Positions 20,091-29,040 of a stretch of DNA of 62,450 bases are shown here, piece after piece. The position numbers were made by a program, and so were the translations under genes. Numbering within the stretch: the first letter of the stretch is position 1; every line of letters begins with the position of its first letter. Under the pieces are notes generated by a model, which had not been told where the DNA came from, searched no databases, and saw only the letters and a program-made list of their open reading frames with translations. Source of the stretch: a virus (lineage: Duplodnaviria > Caudoviricetes); the IMG/VR virus record IMGVR_UViG_3300049012_000046, positions 1 to 62,450 of that record, one strand, 5' to 3'.

Positions 20091-20333
20091 ATGACGGCAG
20101 CGAAGAGGCCTTACAACGGGCACCCGAGCTACAGCCTGTGGAACGTGGCGCTGTGGTTCGGCAACGACGAGGGGCTGTACAACATGGCGCGCCAGGCGAT
20201 CCGCCACTACGGCAGCCGGGACAAGGCGGCCGAAGCGATCTGCGCGGAGCTGCACGAGGCGGGCATCATGAAGACGCCCGACGGCGTGCCGTACTCGAAG
20301 ACGTCGATCCGCCACGCGCTGCGGGGGCTGTGA
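20091..20333 (+). CDS. Conserved phage protein (YNG..Y..WNVALW..NDEGLY family)
   Basis: YNGHPSYSLWNVALWFGNDEGLY and KTPDGV motifs. Confidence 0.8.
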   Translation: MTAAKRPYNGHPSYSLWNVALWFGNDEGLYNMARQAIRHYGSRDKAAEAICAELHEAGIMKTPDGVPYSKTSIRHALRGL

Positions 20334-20587
20334 TGAAGCAGGCCTATGTGAAGAAGACCGGTGAGAAGATCATCGGCACGTATGACCTGATCCCAGGTAC
20401 TGCGCTGATCAACGGTTTCGACGATGCCGGCGAGCCGGAATACTACGGAGAGACCGACGTGCACTGGGATGACCAGCGGCAGCAGGCGTGGGATGGCAAG
20501 TTGGTGTACGTCTGCGAGAGCGGGCAGCTGTGGACGCTCGATGATTGCGAGTTCCGCGAAGAAGGGCAAGAGGAAGACGACGAATGA
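20333..20587 (+). CDS. Acidic hypothetical protein
   Basis: TGATG-coupled; IIGT...EYYGET.V.WD.Q motif. Confidence 0.75.
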   Translation: MKQAYVKKTGEKIIGTYDLIPGTALINGFDDAGEPEYYGETDVHWDDQRQQAWDGKLVYVCESGQLWTLDDCEFREEGQEEDDE

Positions 20588-20992
20588 AGATCACCGACCC
20601 CGATACCGTCGAGGCCAGCCGCAAGATGATCGCGCTGATCGACGAGGGCTACACCTTCGCGCATGCCTGGCATGTGCTGTCCAAGGAGCTGCCGCCTGCA
20701 ACGCAGGTGGTGGTGTCGTTCAACTGCGCGGACTGGCTGAAGGCGGCCGGCCTGCCGCTGTGCGAGGAGAACGTGATCGCGGCGATGAGGGAGATCGCGG
20801 CGTGAGCGTGAGTCTCTCCCAACTGATCCGTGGACGCGAGTACCTGCATCGGGTGCGGGGGCAGTGCACGTTCATCGCTTCGCATCCGCACGACGGCGCC
20901 TACCTGGTTATGGAGGCATACGACGCGGAGGAGGACGTGTACTTCTACTTCAGCTGTGAGAGTGAGGAGCTGTCTGTGTTGGAGGCGGAGGC

Positions 20993-21622
20993 ATGAAGCA
21001 GCAATTCCCTGACGTCTCATCGAAGTACGGCGCCCCGATGGGGCGCGACGACTTCGTGCACAACCCCGACGCTGAAGTCACGCTGTTCAAGGTGCGCTTC
21101 GTCGACGGCGACTACGACGACGGCGGCGCGTACTGGGGTGGCTACGAGCCGCTGTACTGCGCCCGTGACGACGAAGGCGAGGTGCAGACCTTCATTCGCG
21201 CCGACAGCCGCAAGGCCGCAGAGGCCGCGCTGCTGGCCGACCATCCCGACCTGAAGATCAAGCCGGACTTCGACCTGGACGGCATGGTCATCGGCTACCT
21301 GGTGTGCGCGCTGTGGTCGAGTACCGATGAGGAGGGCGACCCGCTCGACCACCAGTTCGGCATCGACGACTTCAGCGAAGAGGCGCAGGCCCAGGCGCGC
21401 GAGGACTGCGCAGAGTTTGCCCAGCTGTGCGGCACGGAACGTTTGATGCAGGCCCTGGAGCCGGAGAGCGTCGGCAACGACTTCTGGCTGACCCGCAACG
21501 GGCACGGCGCCGGGTTCTGGGACCGCGGCCTGGGCGACCTGGGCGACCACCTCACCAAGGTTGCGAAGAGCTTCGGCTCATGCGATGCGTATGTCGGCGA
21601 CGACGGAAAGGTTTACTTCTGA
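20993..21622 (+). CDS. Two-domain conserved phage protein
   Basis: N-domain YGAPMGR...DYDDGGAYWG; C-domain ALWSS...DFWLTRNGHGAGFWDR. Confidence 0.8.
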   Translation: MKQQFPDVSSKYGAPMGRDDFVHNPDAEVTLFKVRFVDGDYDDGGAYWGGYEPLYCARDDEGEVQTFIRADSRKAAEAALLADHPDLKIKPDFDLDGMVIGYLVCALWSSTDEEGDPLDHQFGIDDFSEEAQAQAREDCAEFAQLCGTERLMQALEPESVGNDFWLTRNGHGAGFWDRGLGDLGDHLTKVAKSFGSCDAYVGDDGKVYF

Positions 21623-21887
21623 TGCACACCATCGACATTCACCCGGAGCTCGGGCTTGCGCTCGTGCAGGACACCGACGACTGGCGCGGCGAGAACAACA
21701 ACAACACCCGCTACGTGCCCTGCGCCGATGCGCCGCCCTTGTCCGATGTGGACATCCCGCAGACGTATCTCGGCCAGCTGCACTACGTCGCTTCGCACAT
21801 CCCGGTCTTCCTGCAGGTGCACCAGCGTGTGATGCCGAACGGGCAGGCCTATCCCAAGGGCGGCTGGACTCGCTGGAGGAACTGGTG

Positions 21888-22247
21888 ATGGGTATCGGCG
21901 GACAGAACTACATCGACTCGCGTGAAGTCGACGAGGAGATCAATCGGGTCTCGCAGGAGCTGTCGGACAAGGGCGTGCTGGCCGAGGACGACCCGGACTT
22001 CGAATACCTGCAGCAGCTTGAGCAGCTGCGCGACGACGTCAACCATCCGTACTGGGAGAGCGGGCTGACGCTGATCCTGCGCGAGAGCTTCGAGGAGTAT
22101 GCCGTGCAGCTCGCCGAGGACGTGACCGGCTGCCGCATGACCAACTGGCCCTTCCATCGAATCGACTGGGAGTTGGCTTGCGCTGATCTGGAGGCTGATT
22201 TCAAAGAGGTCACCTTCCAGGGCGACACCTACCTGTACAGGAGCTGA
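21888..22247 (+). CDS. ArdA-like acidic antirestriction protein (C-terminal-domain-like)
   Basis: FEEYAVQLAED...NWP...IDWELACADL..DF motif; about 28 D/E vs 9 K/R in 119 aa (hand count). Confidence 0.6.
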   Translation: MGIGGQNYIDSREVDEEINRVSQELSDKGVLAEDDPDFEYLQQLEQLRDDVNHPYWESGLTLILRESFEEYAVQLAEDVTGCRMTNWPFHRIDWELACADLEADFKEVTFQGDTYLYRS

Positions 22248-23322
22248 GATGGAACGCAACGAACACAACGATGAATTGGTCTGGGAGTCCCAGCGCTTGC
22301 TGGGGGACCTGGCACGCCGCTGGAAGCAGCGGCGCGAGAACATGGGCCTGAAGCCGGGCACGATCAAGCACGCCCGGGCGCAGCTCGAGTTCTTCATCGG
22401 CGCGTGCACGATGTACCAGATCGAGCGCGACGACGAGAAGGCCACGCCATTCAGTCCGATGGTGATGGTGCTGATGACTCATGGCACGGACTCATACGCT
22501 CAGTGGGGGCATCTGTGAAATCTTGCAAGGAGTAGTACCAATGGGCAGCGGCGAACCTATCAAGTACAAGGACGGCACGGTTGACGTGCCCCACCTTGGG
22601 ATCACGTTGCGTTCGCTGTTTGCCGCAGCAGCGAACGAACACGACATCGAGTTGCGCGGGCGCAAGGTGCGCGTGACGACTCGCGGGGTATATATCGGCA
22701 CGATCCAGTTGGCCGATGACAGGAAGAAAGGAAAGCGATGATCATTCCCGACTGGATGCGCGAGCCTCTGACATCCGGCGACGAGTTTGCACTGCCGATC
22801 TCCGGCGTGTACTCGACGCAGGAGATCTACGCGGCGGCAGTGAACGAGTACCTGCGGATCGAGCCGCACGGGCACACGCCGCCGAACCTGGCCAGCCCCT
22901 ACACCTGGGGGCGGGTCCTGGCGGACTACATCGCGATGCAGGCCACGCTTGCCGCGGCACAGGAGATCATCGCTTCACAGGAGCGGCTGGTCTTCAGCCT
23001 GAACGCGGCGCTGCAGGCCAAGGAAAGGAACACATGAACGAGGAAGAGCTGAAGCAGCGTATTCAGGCGCTGCAGATCGAGCGGGGGCGGGACTTCGAGC
23101 TGGTGCTGCGGTACCTGCGCGCTGATCTGACGCACGCAGCCAACCGGCTCGGCACGCGGCAGTGGGCGATGTACCGGGAGGGCTGCTTCGACAGCTACGA
23201 GCAGCGGCTGAACATCAACCACCCCACGTGCGTGAAGGATCTGAAGAACGCCTTTGACGTGCATGCGGGCTGCAGCATCTACCTGCGAGCCTGGGATCGC
23301 GATCACCCGAAAGGAGACTGAC

Positions 23323-23610
23323 ATGCCACGAGGACAATACGATTACGCGGCGGCCAACGCCAAGCGGGCCGCGACGATCGCGGCGAAGAAGGCCGGACGC
23401 AAGCCGGCGCGCAAGGCGTCGGCGCAGGTCATCGACTTCAAAGTCAGCGAGCTGGCGGCAAAGCCTCGCTTGCTGATCGAGGTGGAGTTCGATGACGTCG
23501 AGCATCTGCTGGCAGGCAAGGACGTGATCATGGACTCTTGCAAGTCCTACGGCACAACGCTGCGGCTGGAGGCACATGGCGTGCCGCCGGTGGTGAGGTT
23601 CATGCCTTGA
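23323..23610 (+). CDS. Hypothetical protein with basic Ala/Lys-rich N-terminus
   Basis: RBS AAGGAG; AKRAATIAAKKAGRKPARKAS. Confidence 0.75.
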   Translation: MPRGQYDYAAANAKRAATIAAKKAGRKPARKASAQVIDFKVSELAAKPRLLIEVEFDDVEHLLAGKDVIMDSCKSYGTTLRLEAHGVPPVVRFMP

Positions 23611-23948
23611 TCGTCTACGCCATTCGCCACAAGCCGACGCAGCAGTTCATGCCCACGCGCCTGAACAGGTCGCCCGGCGGCTGGTCGCACTGGAGTCCCG
23701 GCTACGTGCATCCCGAGTACGGTGAGGACAAGCCGCACGACCCGAACCCGCGGCTGTTCTTCACGCCGATCGCGGCGCGCAACGCGCTGGCGATGTGGCT
23801 GCAGGGCACATGGAAGCGCGACCGCGGCACGGCGTGGAACCTGGAGGGGCCGGAGGACTGGGACCACGTGCTTGTCAACCCGCCGCCGGCGCCGCGCCGG
23901 CGCGAGGACATGGAGATCGTGCGGTTCACGCTGGAGGAGCTGAGATGA
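23607..23948 (+). CDS. Hypothetical phage protein
   Basis: TTGA-coupled; YAIRHKPT...PRLF...A.NAL..WLQG motif. Confidence 0.7.
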   Translation: MIVYAIRHKPTQQFMPTRLNRSPGGWSHWSPGYVHPEYGEDKPHDPNPRLFFTPIAARNALAMWLQGTWKRDRGTAWNLEGPEDWDHVLVNPPPAPRRREDMEIVRFTLEELR

Positions 23949-24256
23949 TCGAGCCCATCTTGGTGTGGCTGGGCGTTACCTTGGGCGTCGTCGTGGCCTG
24001 GTGGGGCTGGCGCGCAATCCGGCTGCACCACTGGCAGCAGGCGGCGCGGGACGTGTGCGAGCTGTTCCCGCCGGAGCCGCCGCCCGGCGAGATCTGGGCG
24101 CCCAACATCACACCGCGGCGGCGCTACGTGCACACCCCGCGCGTGCCCTACCCGCCGCCTGAGATCGTGCGTGCATGCGCCGAGCCGCCCCTGGCCTGGC
24201 CCGACGTCGACTGGCCGGAGGACACCCAGCCAGGGGTCAGGCGCGACTTGCAATGA
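23945..24256 (+). CDS. Membrane-anchored Pro-rich protein
   Basis: N-terminal TM (ILVWLGVTLGVVVAWWGW). Confidence 0.65.
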   Translation: MIEPILVWLGVTLGVVVAWWGWRAIRLHHWQQAARDVCELFPPEPPPGEIWAPNITPRRRYVHTPRVPYPPPEIVRACAEPPLAWPDVDWPEDTQPGVRRDLQ

Positions 24257-24633
24257 CCCAGCGCGAGCTCGACCTGGACGGCTGGCATGCCGGGCCGCTG
24301 TTCGTCGTGGTCAAGCGGCGTGCGCCCAAGCTGGTGTCGGCCTTCGACGGCAGCCGGCGCATCTGGGGCATGCGCCGGCGTGCCAGCGAGCGCCAGGCCA
24401 CGCCGGCGTGGGCTGATCCGGACCTGACGCGCGCCTTCTACAGGCTGGCCAGGATCTACACCGAGGCGCTCGGCGAGCGCTTCAGCGTCGATCACATCGT
24501 GCCGCTGACCGACCCCCGCGTGTGCGGCTTGCACTGGCACGGCAACTTCCAGATCCTGCCGCTGCTCGACAACGTCAGCAAGGGCACGTCGCACTGGCCG
24601 GGCATGCCCGAGGAGCAGCTCGAGCTGCAATGA
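24253..24633 (+). CDS. HNH endonuclease-like protein
   Basis: ATPAWAD...SVDHIVPL....VCGLH...NFQILP..DN..KG motif. Confidence 0.85.
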   Translation: MTQRELDLDGWHAGPLFVVVKRRAPKLVSAFDGSRRIWGMRRRASERQATPAWADPDLTRAFYRLARIYTEALGERFSVDHIVPLTDPRVCGLHWHGNFQILPLLDNVSKGTSHWPGMPEEQLELQ

Positions 24634-24668
24634 GAAAGGCCCACCAGCTTTCGCTGGCGGGCCTTCTC
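24634..24668. terminator. Intrinsic terminator between convergent HNH and H-NS genes
   Basis: AAGGCCCACCAGC-TTTC-GCTGGCGGGCCTT stem-loop; on the - strand a GAAA loop followed by TTTCT. Confidence 0.75.
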
Positions 24669-24728
24669 GGGCGGTACAGGGGTCCCTGGCAAAGTGGGTT
24701 GAAGTATCCCAGGTCCACTGGGGATACG

Positions 24729-25052
24729 TCAAGCCGCGAGCTTCAATTCCTTCTGCAGGTTGGCCGGCTGCACCTCGAAGTCCTTCAGGGCCTTGCCGCT
24801 GGCCAGCGCCTTCGTCAGCCAGCTGGGCCGCTTGCCCTTGCCCGACCAGGTGTTCACCCCGTCGGTGTACTTGGCTGCCTGCTTGCGCAGGAATGCTTCC
24901 AGATCAAGGAGCGTGACTTCGTTCTCCATCATGATGGCCATGACTTCGCGGATCGCGGTGTCTTTCTTGGCCGCGATCTCCAGTGCGGCACTCTTTCGAA
25001 GCTCGGCCATCTGAGCTTCGAGACGCTTCAATTCCTCAAGGGCGGAAGACAT
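24729..25052 (-). CDS. hns: H-NS family nucleoid-associated protein
   Basis: N-terminal coiled coil plus C-terminal KY......TWSGKGKRPSW (TWTGxGRxP) DNA-binding motif; GGAG RBS. Confidence 0.92.
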   Translation of the reverse strand: MSSALEELKRLEAQMAELRKSAALEIAAKKDTAIREVMAIMMENEVTLLDLEAFLRKQAAKYTDGVNTWSGKGKRPSWLTKALASGKALKDFEVQPANLQKELKLAA

Positions 25053-25228
25053 TGCAAGACTCCATAATCAAAAGGAGGGAAAGTACCAATATAGCTTTTG
25101 TGTCAGCTTCCGCAAGGGGTTCGACCCCCTAACAGAGTGGCTAAATTGTAATGCAGTTAGGGGAAGCCCTAACGAAAATCGGTAAGTCCTACCGCTATTG
25201 TGTAGATTGTTTAGAAAGGGATTCTGCA

Positions 25229-25732
25229 ATGAACTTGGACAAGGCTCAAAGGCTGGTCGAGCGCGACATCTGCTACTGCGTGAGCGGCCTGGTGGCCACG
25301 GCGATGCGCGAGGGCTGGGATGCCGATCCGTTGATCGACACGGTGGCGTACCAGGCGGACTGGGAAGAGGCGGCGCTGCAGCACCTGAGCGGCCTGACCC
25401 ACGCGGAGTGGCACACGATCGTCGCGCAGGATCTCGGCGGCGAGGGGCTGATCACGGACCCCCTCGGCTGGATCATGGCCGCGCTGCGCAAGCAGGAGCG
25501 TGGCTTCCAGGACTTCTGCCAGCACCGTGGGATCGACCCGCACGAGTGGGAGGTCTACGAGCACTGGATCGTCACCGAGTGGCTGGCAGCGCAGCTGCGC
25601 GAGAAGGGCGAGTGTGTCTGCGACGACTGGCAAGGCCTGACGATCTGGGGGCGCACGACGACCGGCCAGGCCATCGCGATGGACCCGGTGATCCAACAGA
25701 TCGTGAAGGAGACGTATGGCACCGACGACTGA
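25229..25732 (+). CDS. Conserved phage hypothetical protein
   Basis: EVYEHWIVTEWLA..L..KGE...WGRTTTGQAI.MD motif. Confidence 0.8.
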   Translation: MNLDKAQRLVERDICYCVSGLVATAMREGWDADPLIDTVAYQADWEEAALQHLSGLTHAEWHTIVAQDLGGEGLITDPLGWIMAALRKQERGFQDFCQHRGIDPHEWEVYEHWIVTEWLAAQLREKGECVCDDWQGLTIWGRTTTGQAIAMDPVIQQIVKETYGTDD

Positions 25733-25863
25733 CCCCTGGCGCAGGGAAGAGACCTGGACCGTCGGGGAGCTCCACATGCTTTTCTGGTCGGCATTCGCCG
25801 CAGGTGTTTGCCTTGGTCTTCTGCTTATGGCAACCTACATCTTCTTTGGAGAAGGAGAATTCA

Positions 25864-26172
25864 ATGCAGTGCGAGAAATGCGGAACCACAATGAGTTGCG
25901 TCGACCAGCGCAGCACCCTCCGAGAGTACAGCTGCTCGTGCGGACACACGATGAAGACGATCGAGGTGGATCAGTTCGCGATCAACCGCGCGCAGTCCGC
26001 GCAGTTTCTCGCTGAGCGCGAAGCGGCGATGCTGCGCAAGGAGCTGCAGGACATGGCCAAGACCCGGACGCCGCAGCTGCGCGTCGTGGTCGAGAACAGC
26101 GCGCCGGCGAACACGCCACTACCGGTGGCGCACCGTGACGCACTGGGCATGAGCCCGAAGAGGCAGCTGTGA
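25864..26172 (+). CDS. Zinc-ribbon protein (NrdR-N-like)
   Basis: MQCEKCG....VDQR...REYSCSCGH.MKT.E; RBS AAGGAG. Confidence 0.65.
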   Translation: MQCEKCGTTMSCVDQRSTLREYSCSCGHTMKTIEVDQFAINRAQSAQFLAEREAAMLRKELQDMAKTRTPQLRVVVENSAPANTPLPVAHRDALGMSPKRQL

Positions 26173-26531
26173 GACGCACCGGGCCGCGGGTAGACTTCGC
26201 CCCCTTCGAAGGCGATGGGCGCAAGCGCATCGAGCCGATGCGCAACCTGCAGGAGCCGGCTGTGCGCGGCGCCGACAGCAAGCCGCTGACGCGCAGCCAG
26301 TGCCGCGACGCCATCCAGCGCTTCGTCGACACGGGCATGTCGGCGCACAGCGGCGCGGGCAACACGTTGTGGGTGGTGATCGCATGGTGCGAGCACCACA
26401 ACATCTCCTACGCCATCGACGGTGCGTGGGGGTGGGGCTGGGAAGTCAGGAGACTCGATGATGGAAACCTGGGAAGAAAGACTCGACCACACACCGCTGG
26501 ACTTCGGCAAGCACGCCGGCAAGACGCCTGA
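26169..26531 (+). CDS. Hypothetical protein
   Basis: GTGA-coupled ORF; 3' end overlaps the next gene. Confidence 0.55.
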   Translation: MRRTGPRVDFAPFEGDGRKRIEPMRNLQEPAVRGADSKPLTRSQCRDAIQRFVDTGMSAHSGAGNTLWVVIAWCEHHNISYAIDGAWGWGWEVRRLDDGNLGRKTRPHTAGLRQARRQDA

Positions 26532-26697
26532 GCAGATCGCCGAGATCGATCCGAGCTACATCGTGTGGCTCGGCGAGAAGTTCGACGGCCCGCAGGCGGT
26601 GAGCGCAGCGCTGGTGCGGGCCTGCCAGCAGGATCTGCGGGAGATGGACGCCGAAGGCGATCTTGATCACTGGGACGACTACCCGGGAGACTACTGA
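26461..26697 (+). CDS. DUF3820/ExoX-C-terminal-like small protein
   Basis: LDFGKHAGKTPEQIAEIDPSYIVWL (FGKHxGK...DPxYxxW motif). Confidence 0.75.
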   Translation: METWEERLDHTPLDFGKHAGKTPEQIAEIDPSYIVWLGEKFDGPQAVSAALVRACQQDLREMDAEGDLDHWDDYPGDY

Positions 26698-26768
26698 CCA
26701 GACTGAAGTTGCAGGATGTGTCCATTTCGGGGCACAATCCGTTTCCCTTTTAGCAAAGGATTCTGCTT

Positions 26769-27145
26769 TGTCACCTGCTGACTTCGTTGAGCAGATCAAG
26801 CGGCCGTACTGGTCGCCCTATCACCCTTCCCAATACATTTCCAAATTCGTTTCGAGAGACGGGCGCCGTCTCATCCTGAACGGGTGGGGGCTGCTGTTTC
26901 CCGAAGACATCGGCGGCTTCAACCTCGCCTGGCTGGTCAGCGGTGTCGGCGGCCCGCCCGCCGACTACGGTCCCTACCGCACGCAGACCCTGTGGGTCGC
27001 CGCGCGATCGCACTGGATGGTGGGCGACTACCAGCTGCGCGAGCTGGCCTGGCAGCCGCTGGATCGCTTCGCCGCGACGCTCAAGGCCTGCCCGGATGCC
27101 AACCGCTTCGAGCTGGTGCTGGACGCGCTGGCACTGCGCCTATGA
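26769..27145 (+). CDS. Hypothetical protein (start uncertain)
   Basis: ORF ends in an ATGA overlap with the helicase. Confidence 0.55.
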
Positions 27146-28545
27146 GCGAGCAGCTGATCCGCGAGGTGCTGGAGCGGTACCAGCTGCCCTTCACGATGCG
27201 GCCGGACCAGTACAAGACGTGCGTCGATCTGGTGGGCTGGCCGCGCGCCGGGCTGTACTGCGAGGTGGGCACCGGCAAGACCGTGCTGTCGACCGTCATC
27301 GCGCTGGCCTGGGGTGCGGACATCAACGTCGTCACGATGCCGCCGATCCTGCTGCGCTCCTGGCAGCGCTGGCTGCAGAGCATCGGCGGCATCGACGGCG
27401 TGATGATCTACCGCGGCACGCCGAAGGAGCGCGCGGCGATGCCCATCCACCAGGCCAAGTGGCTGCTGATGTCGATGGCCATCTTCAAGAAGGACCACGA
27501 GCGGCTTGCTCGTGCGTTCATCGGCAAGAAGAAGACGCTGATCGTCGACGAGGCGACGTCGATCAAGAACCCCGGCACCGACAACCACAAGCTGACCAAG
27601 TCGTTCTCCGAGGGGCACAACCTGGCGCTGCTCACCGGCACGCCGCTGTCCTCGCCGCACGACGCCTATGCCTACGTGCGGCTGATTTCGCCGCAGATCT
27701 ACCGCAGCAAGGGGCAGTTCGACAACATCCACGTCGATGAGCTCGACTTCTTCGGCAACGTCGTCAGCTGGAAGAACCTCGACTTGATGCAGGAGAACCT
27801 GATGCAGCACAGCGTGCGGCTGCTCAAGGAGAACGTGCTCAAGGATCTGCACAAGCCGAACTACATCCCGATCGAGTACGAGCTGGAGCCGTCGCACTTC
27901 GCGCTGTACAAGGAGCTTGCCGAAGAGCAGCTGCTGATTCTCGAGAACGGCGGCAAGATCGACGCGACGACGGCGCCCAAGCTGTACAACGCGCTGCAGC
28001 AGATTATCGTCAACTGGGACTACTTCAGCGGCAACGAGGATGCGCGCTCAGCCACGTTTGACCTGATCGACATGGTCATGGACGAGGCCGAGGTGATGAA
28101 CCCGAGCAACTCGAAGCTGATCATCTACACCTACTACCAGCGCACCAGCGCGAAGATCCTTGAATACCTCCAGGAATTCAGCGCCGTGGGCTGCTACGGT
28201 GCTATCTCTCAGAAGCGCCAGTCCGACAACCTCGACAAGTTCCTCTTCGATCCGAAAACACGCATCCTGGTTGCGCAGCCGCTGTCAGGCGGCGTCGGCT
28301 TCAACCCTCAGCAGGTCTGCAGTGAGGTGCTTTTCATTGAGTCGCCGTCGATACCGTGGCACTTTATCCAGGCTGTTGGCCGCGTATATCGAGACGGGCA
28401 GCCGCGAGTGCCTAATGTCCATATTGGTATCGCCAGCGGAACCATTCAGCATCGTCTGCATGCGCGCCTCCTTGCGCAAGATGCGCTGCTGAACCAGGTG
28501 CAAGGCGGCTTCCAGGATCTGCGGGACGCGATCTATGGCCGGTGA
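27142..28545 (+). CDS. SNF2-like superfamily 2 helicase
   Basis: EVGTGKT (I), IVDEATSIKN (II), LLTGTP (III), GGVGFN (V), QAVGRVYRDGQ (VI). Confidence 0.9.
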   Translation: MSEQLIREVLERYQLPFTMRPDQYKTCVDLVGWPRAGLYCEVGTGKTVLSTVIALAWGADINVVTMPPILLRSWQRWLQSIGGIDGVMIYRGTPKERAAMPIHQAKWLLMSMAIFKKDHERLARAFIGKKKTLIVDEATSIKNPGTDNHKLTKSFSEGHNLALLTGTPLSSPHDAYAYVRLISPQIYRSKGQFDNIHVDELDFFGNVVSWKNLDLMQENLMQHSVRLLKENVLKDLHKPNYIPIEYELEPSHFALYKELAEEQLLILENGGKIDATTAPKLYNALQQIIVNWDYFSGNEDARSATFDLIDMVMDEAEVMNPSNSKLIIYTYYQRTSAKILEYLQEFSAVGCYGAISQKRQSDNLDKFLFDPKTRILVAQPLSGGVGFNPQQVCSEVLFIESPSIPWHFIQAVGRVYRDGQPRVPNVHIGIASGTIQHRLHARLLAQDALLNQVQGGFQDLRDAIYGR

Positions 28546-29038
28546 GTCCGACCGTAGCATCAGTGAACGCACCTGGGCGGCGCAGGCCGCCCAGGGCCTG
28601 CCGCCGGCGCAGCGCGCGCTGTGGAACGAGTGCAAGGTGGCGCACCGCGTGCCGCTGTACCAGAACCGGATCTTCGTGATCTGGAAGGCCAATGCCGACG
28701 GCACGCCTTGCCCGATCAACTCGTTGCATGTCACGGGGGTCAACGTGACCTTTGCACGAGGCGTCGAGATCGAGATGCGCGATGCTTCGCACCGCTTGCT
28801 GGTGGTGCCACAGCATCCGGTGCAGGTCTTCGATCACGACCTGTTCATGTGGTCTCCGTTCTTCAACGATGTGTGCTGGGTGCCGCACCCGCATGCCAAT
28901 GGCCAGCACGTACTTCGCCTGTCCATTGTCATGCGGATGCGCAGCCACCCTGATTATTGGGAAGCAGGGCATACCTACATCACGGATGTTGCGGCCCTTC
29001 GATCGAAATGGCCGCAGTTCACCGGACAAAAATTCTGA
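28535..29038 (+). CDS. Hypothetical protein
   Basis: 167 aa ORF filling the helicase-primase gap. Confidence 0.7.
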   Translation: MAGESDRSISERTWAAQAAQGLPPAQRALWNECKVAHRVPLYQNRIFVIWKANADGTPCPINSLHVTGVNVTFARGVEIEMRDASHRLLVVPQHPVQVFDHDLFMWSPFFNDVCWVPHPHANGQHVLRLSIVMRMRSHPDYWEAGHTYITDVAALRSKWPQFTGQKF

Positions 29039-29040
29039 GT

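Larger units (their letters stand above)
721..24256 (+). other. Array of small translationally coupled hypothetical early genes not listed individually
   Basis: Consecutive + strand ORFs with GGAG-type RBS and ATGA/GTGA/TGATG overlaps: 721-948, 951-1220, 1822-2115, 2108-2401, 2401-2619, 3180-3389, 3386-3559, 3955-4092, 6174-6395, 6799-6981, 6978-7175, 7468-7674, 7671-7913, 7903-8127, 9010-9264, 9605-9883, 10143-10361, 10358-10624, 10621-10869, 11407-11658, 12103-12381, 12378-12599, 12596-12784, 13753-14004, 15770-15988, 16269-16457, 16450-16746, 16712-16924, 16921-17130, 17127-17354, 17582-17809, 17802-18011, 18758-19036, 19658-19894, 19906-20094, 20584-20805, 20802-20996, 21622-21888, 22249-22518, 22541-22741, 22738-23037, 23034-23321. 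Confidence 0.8.
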
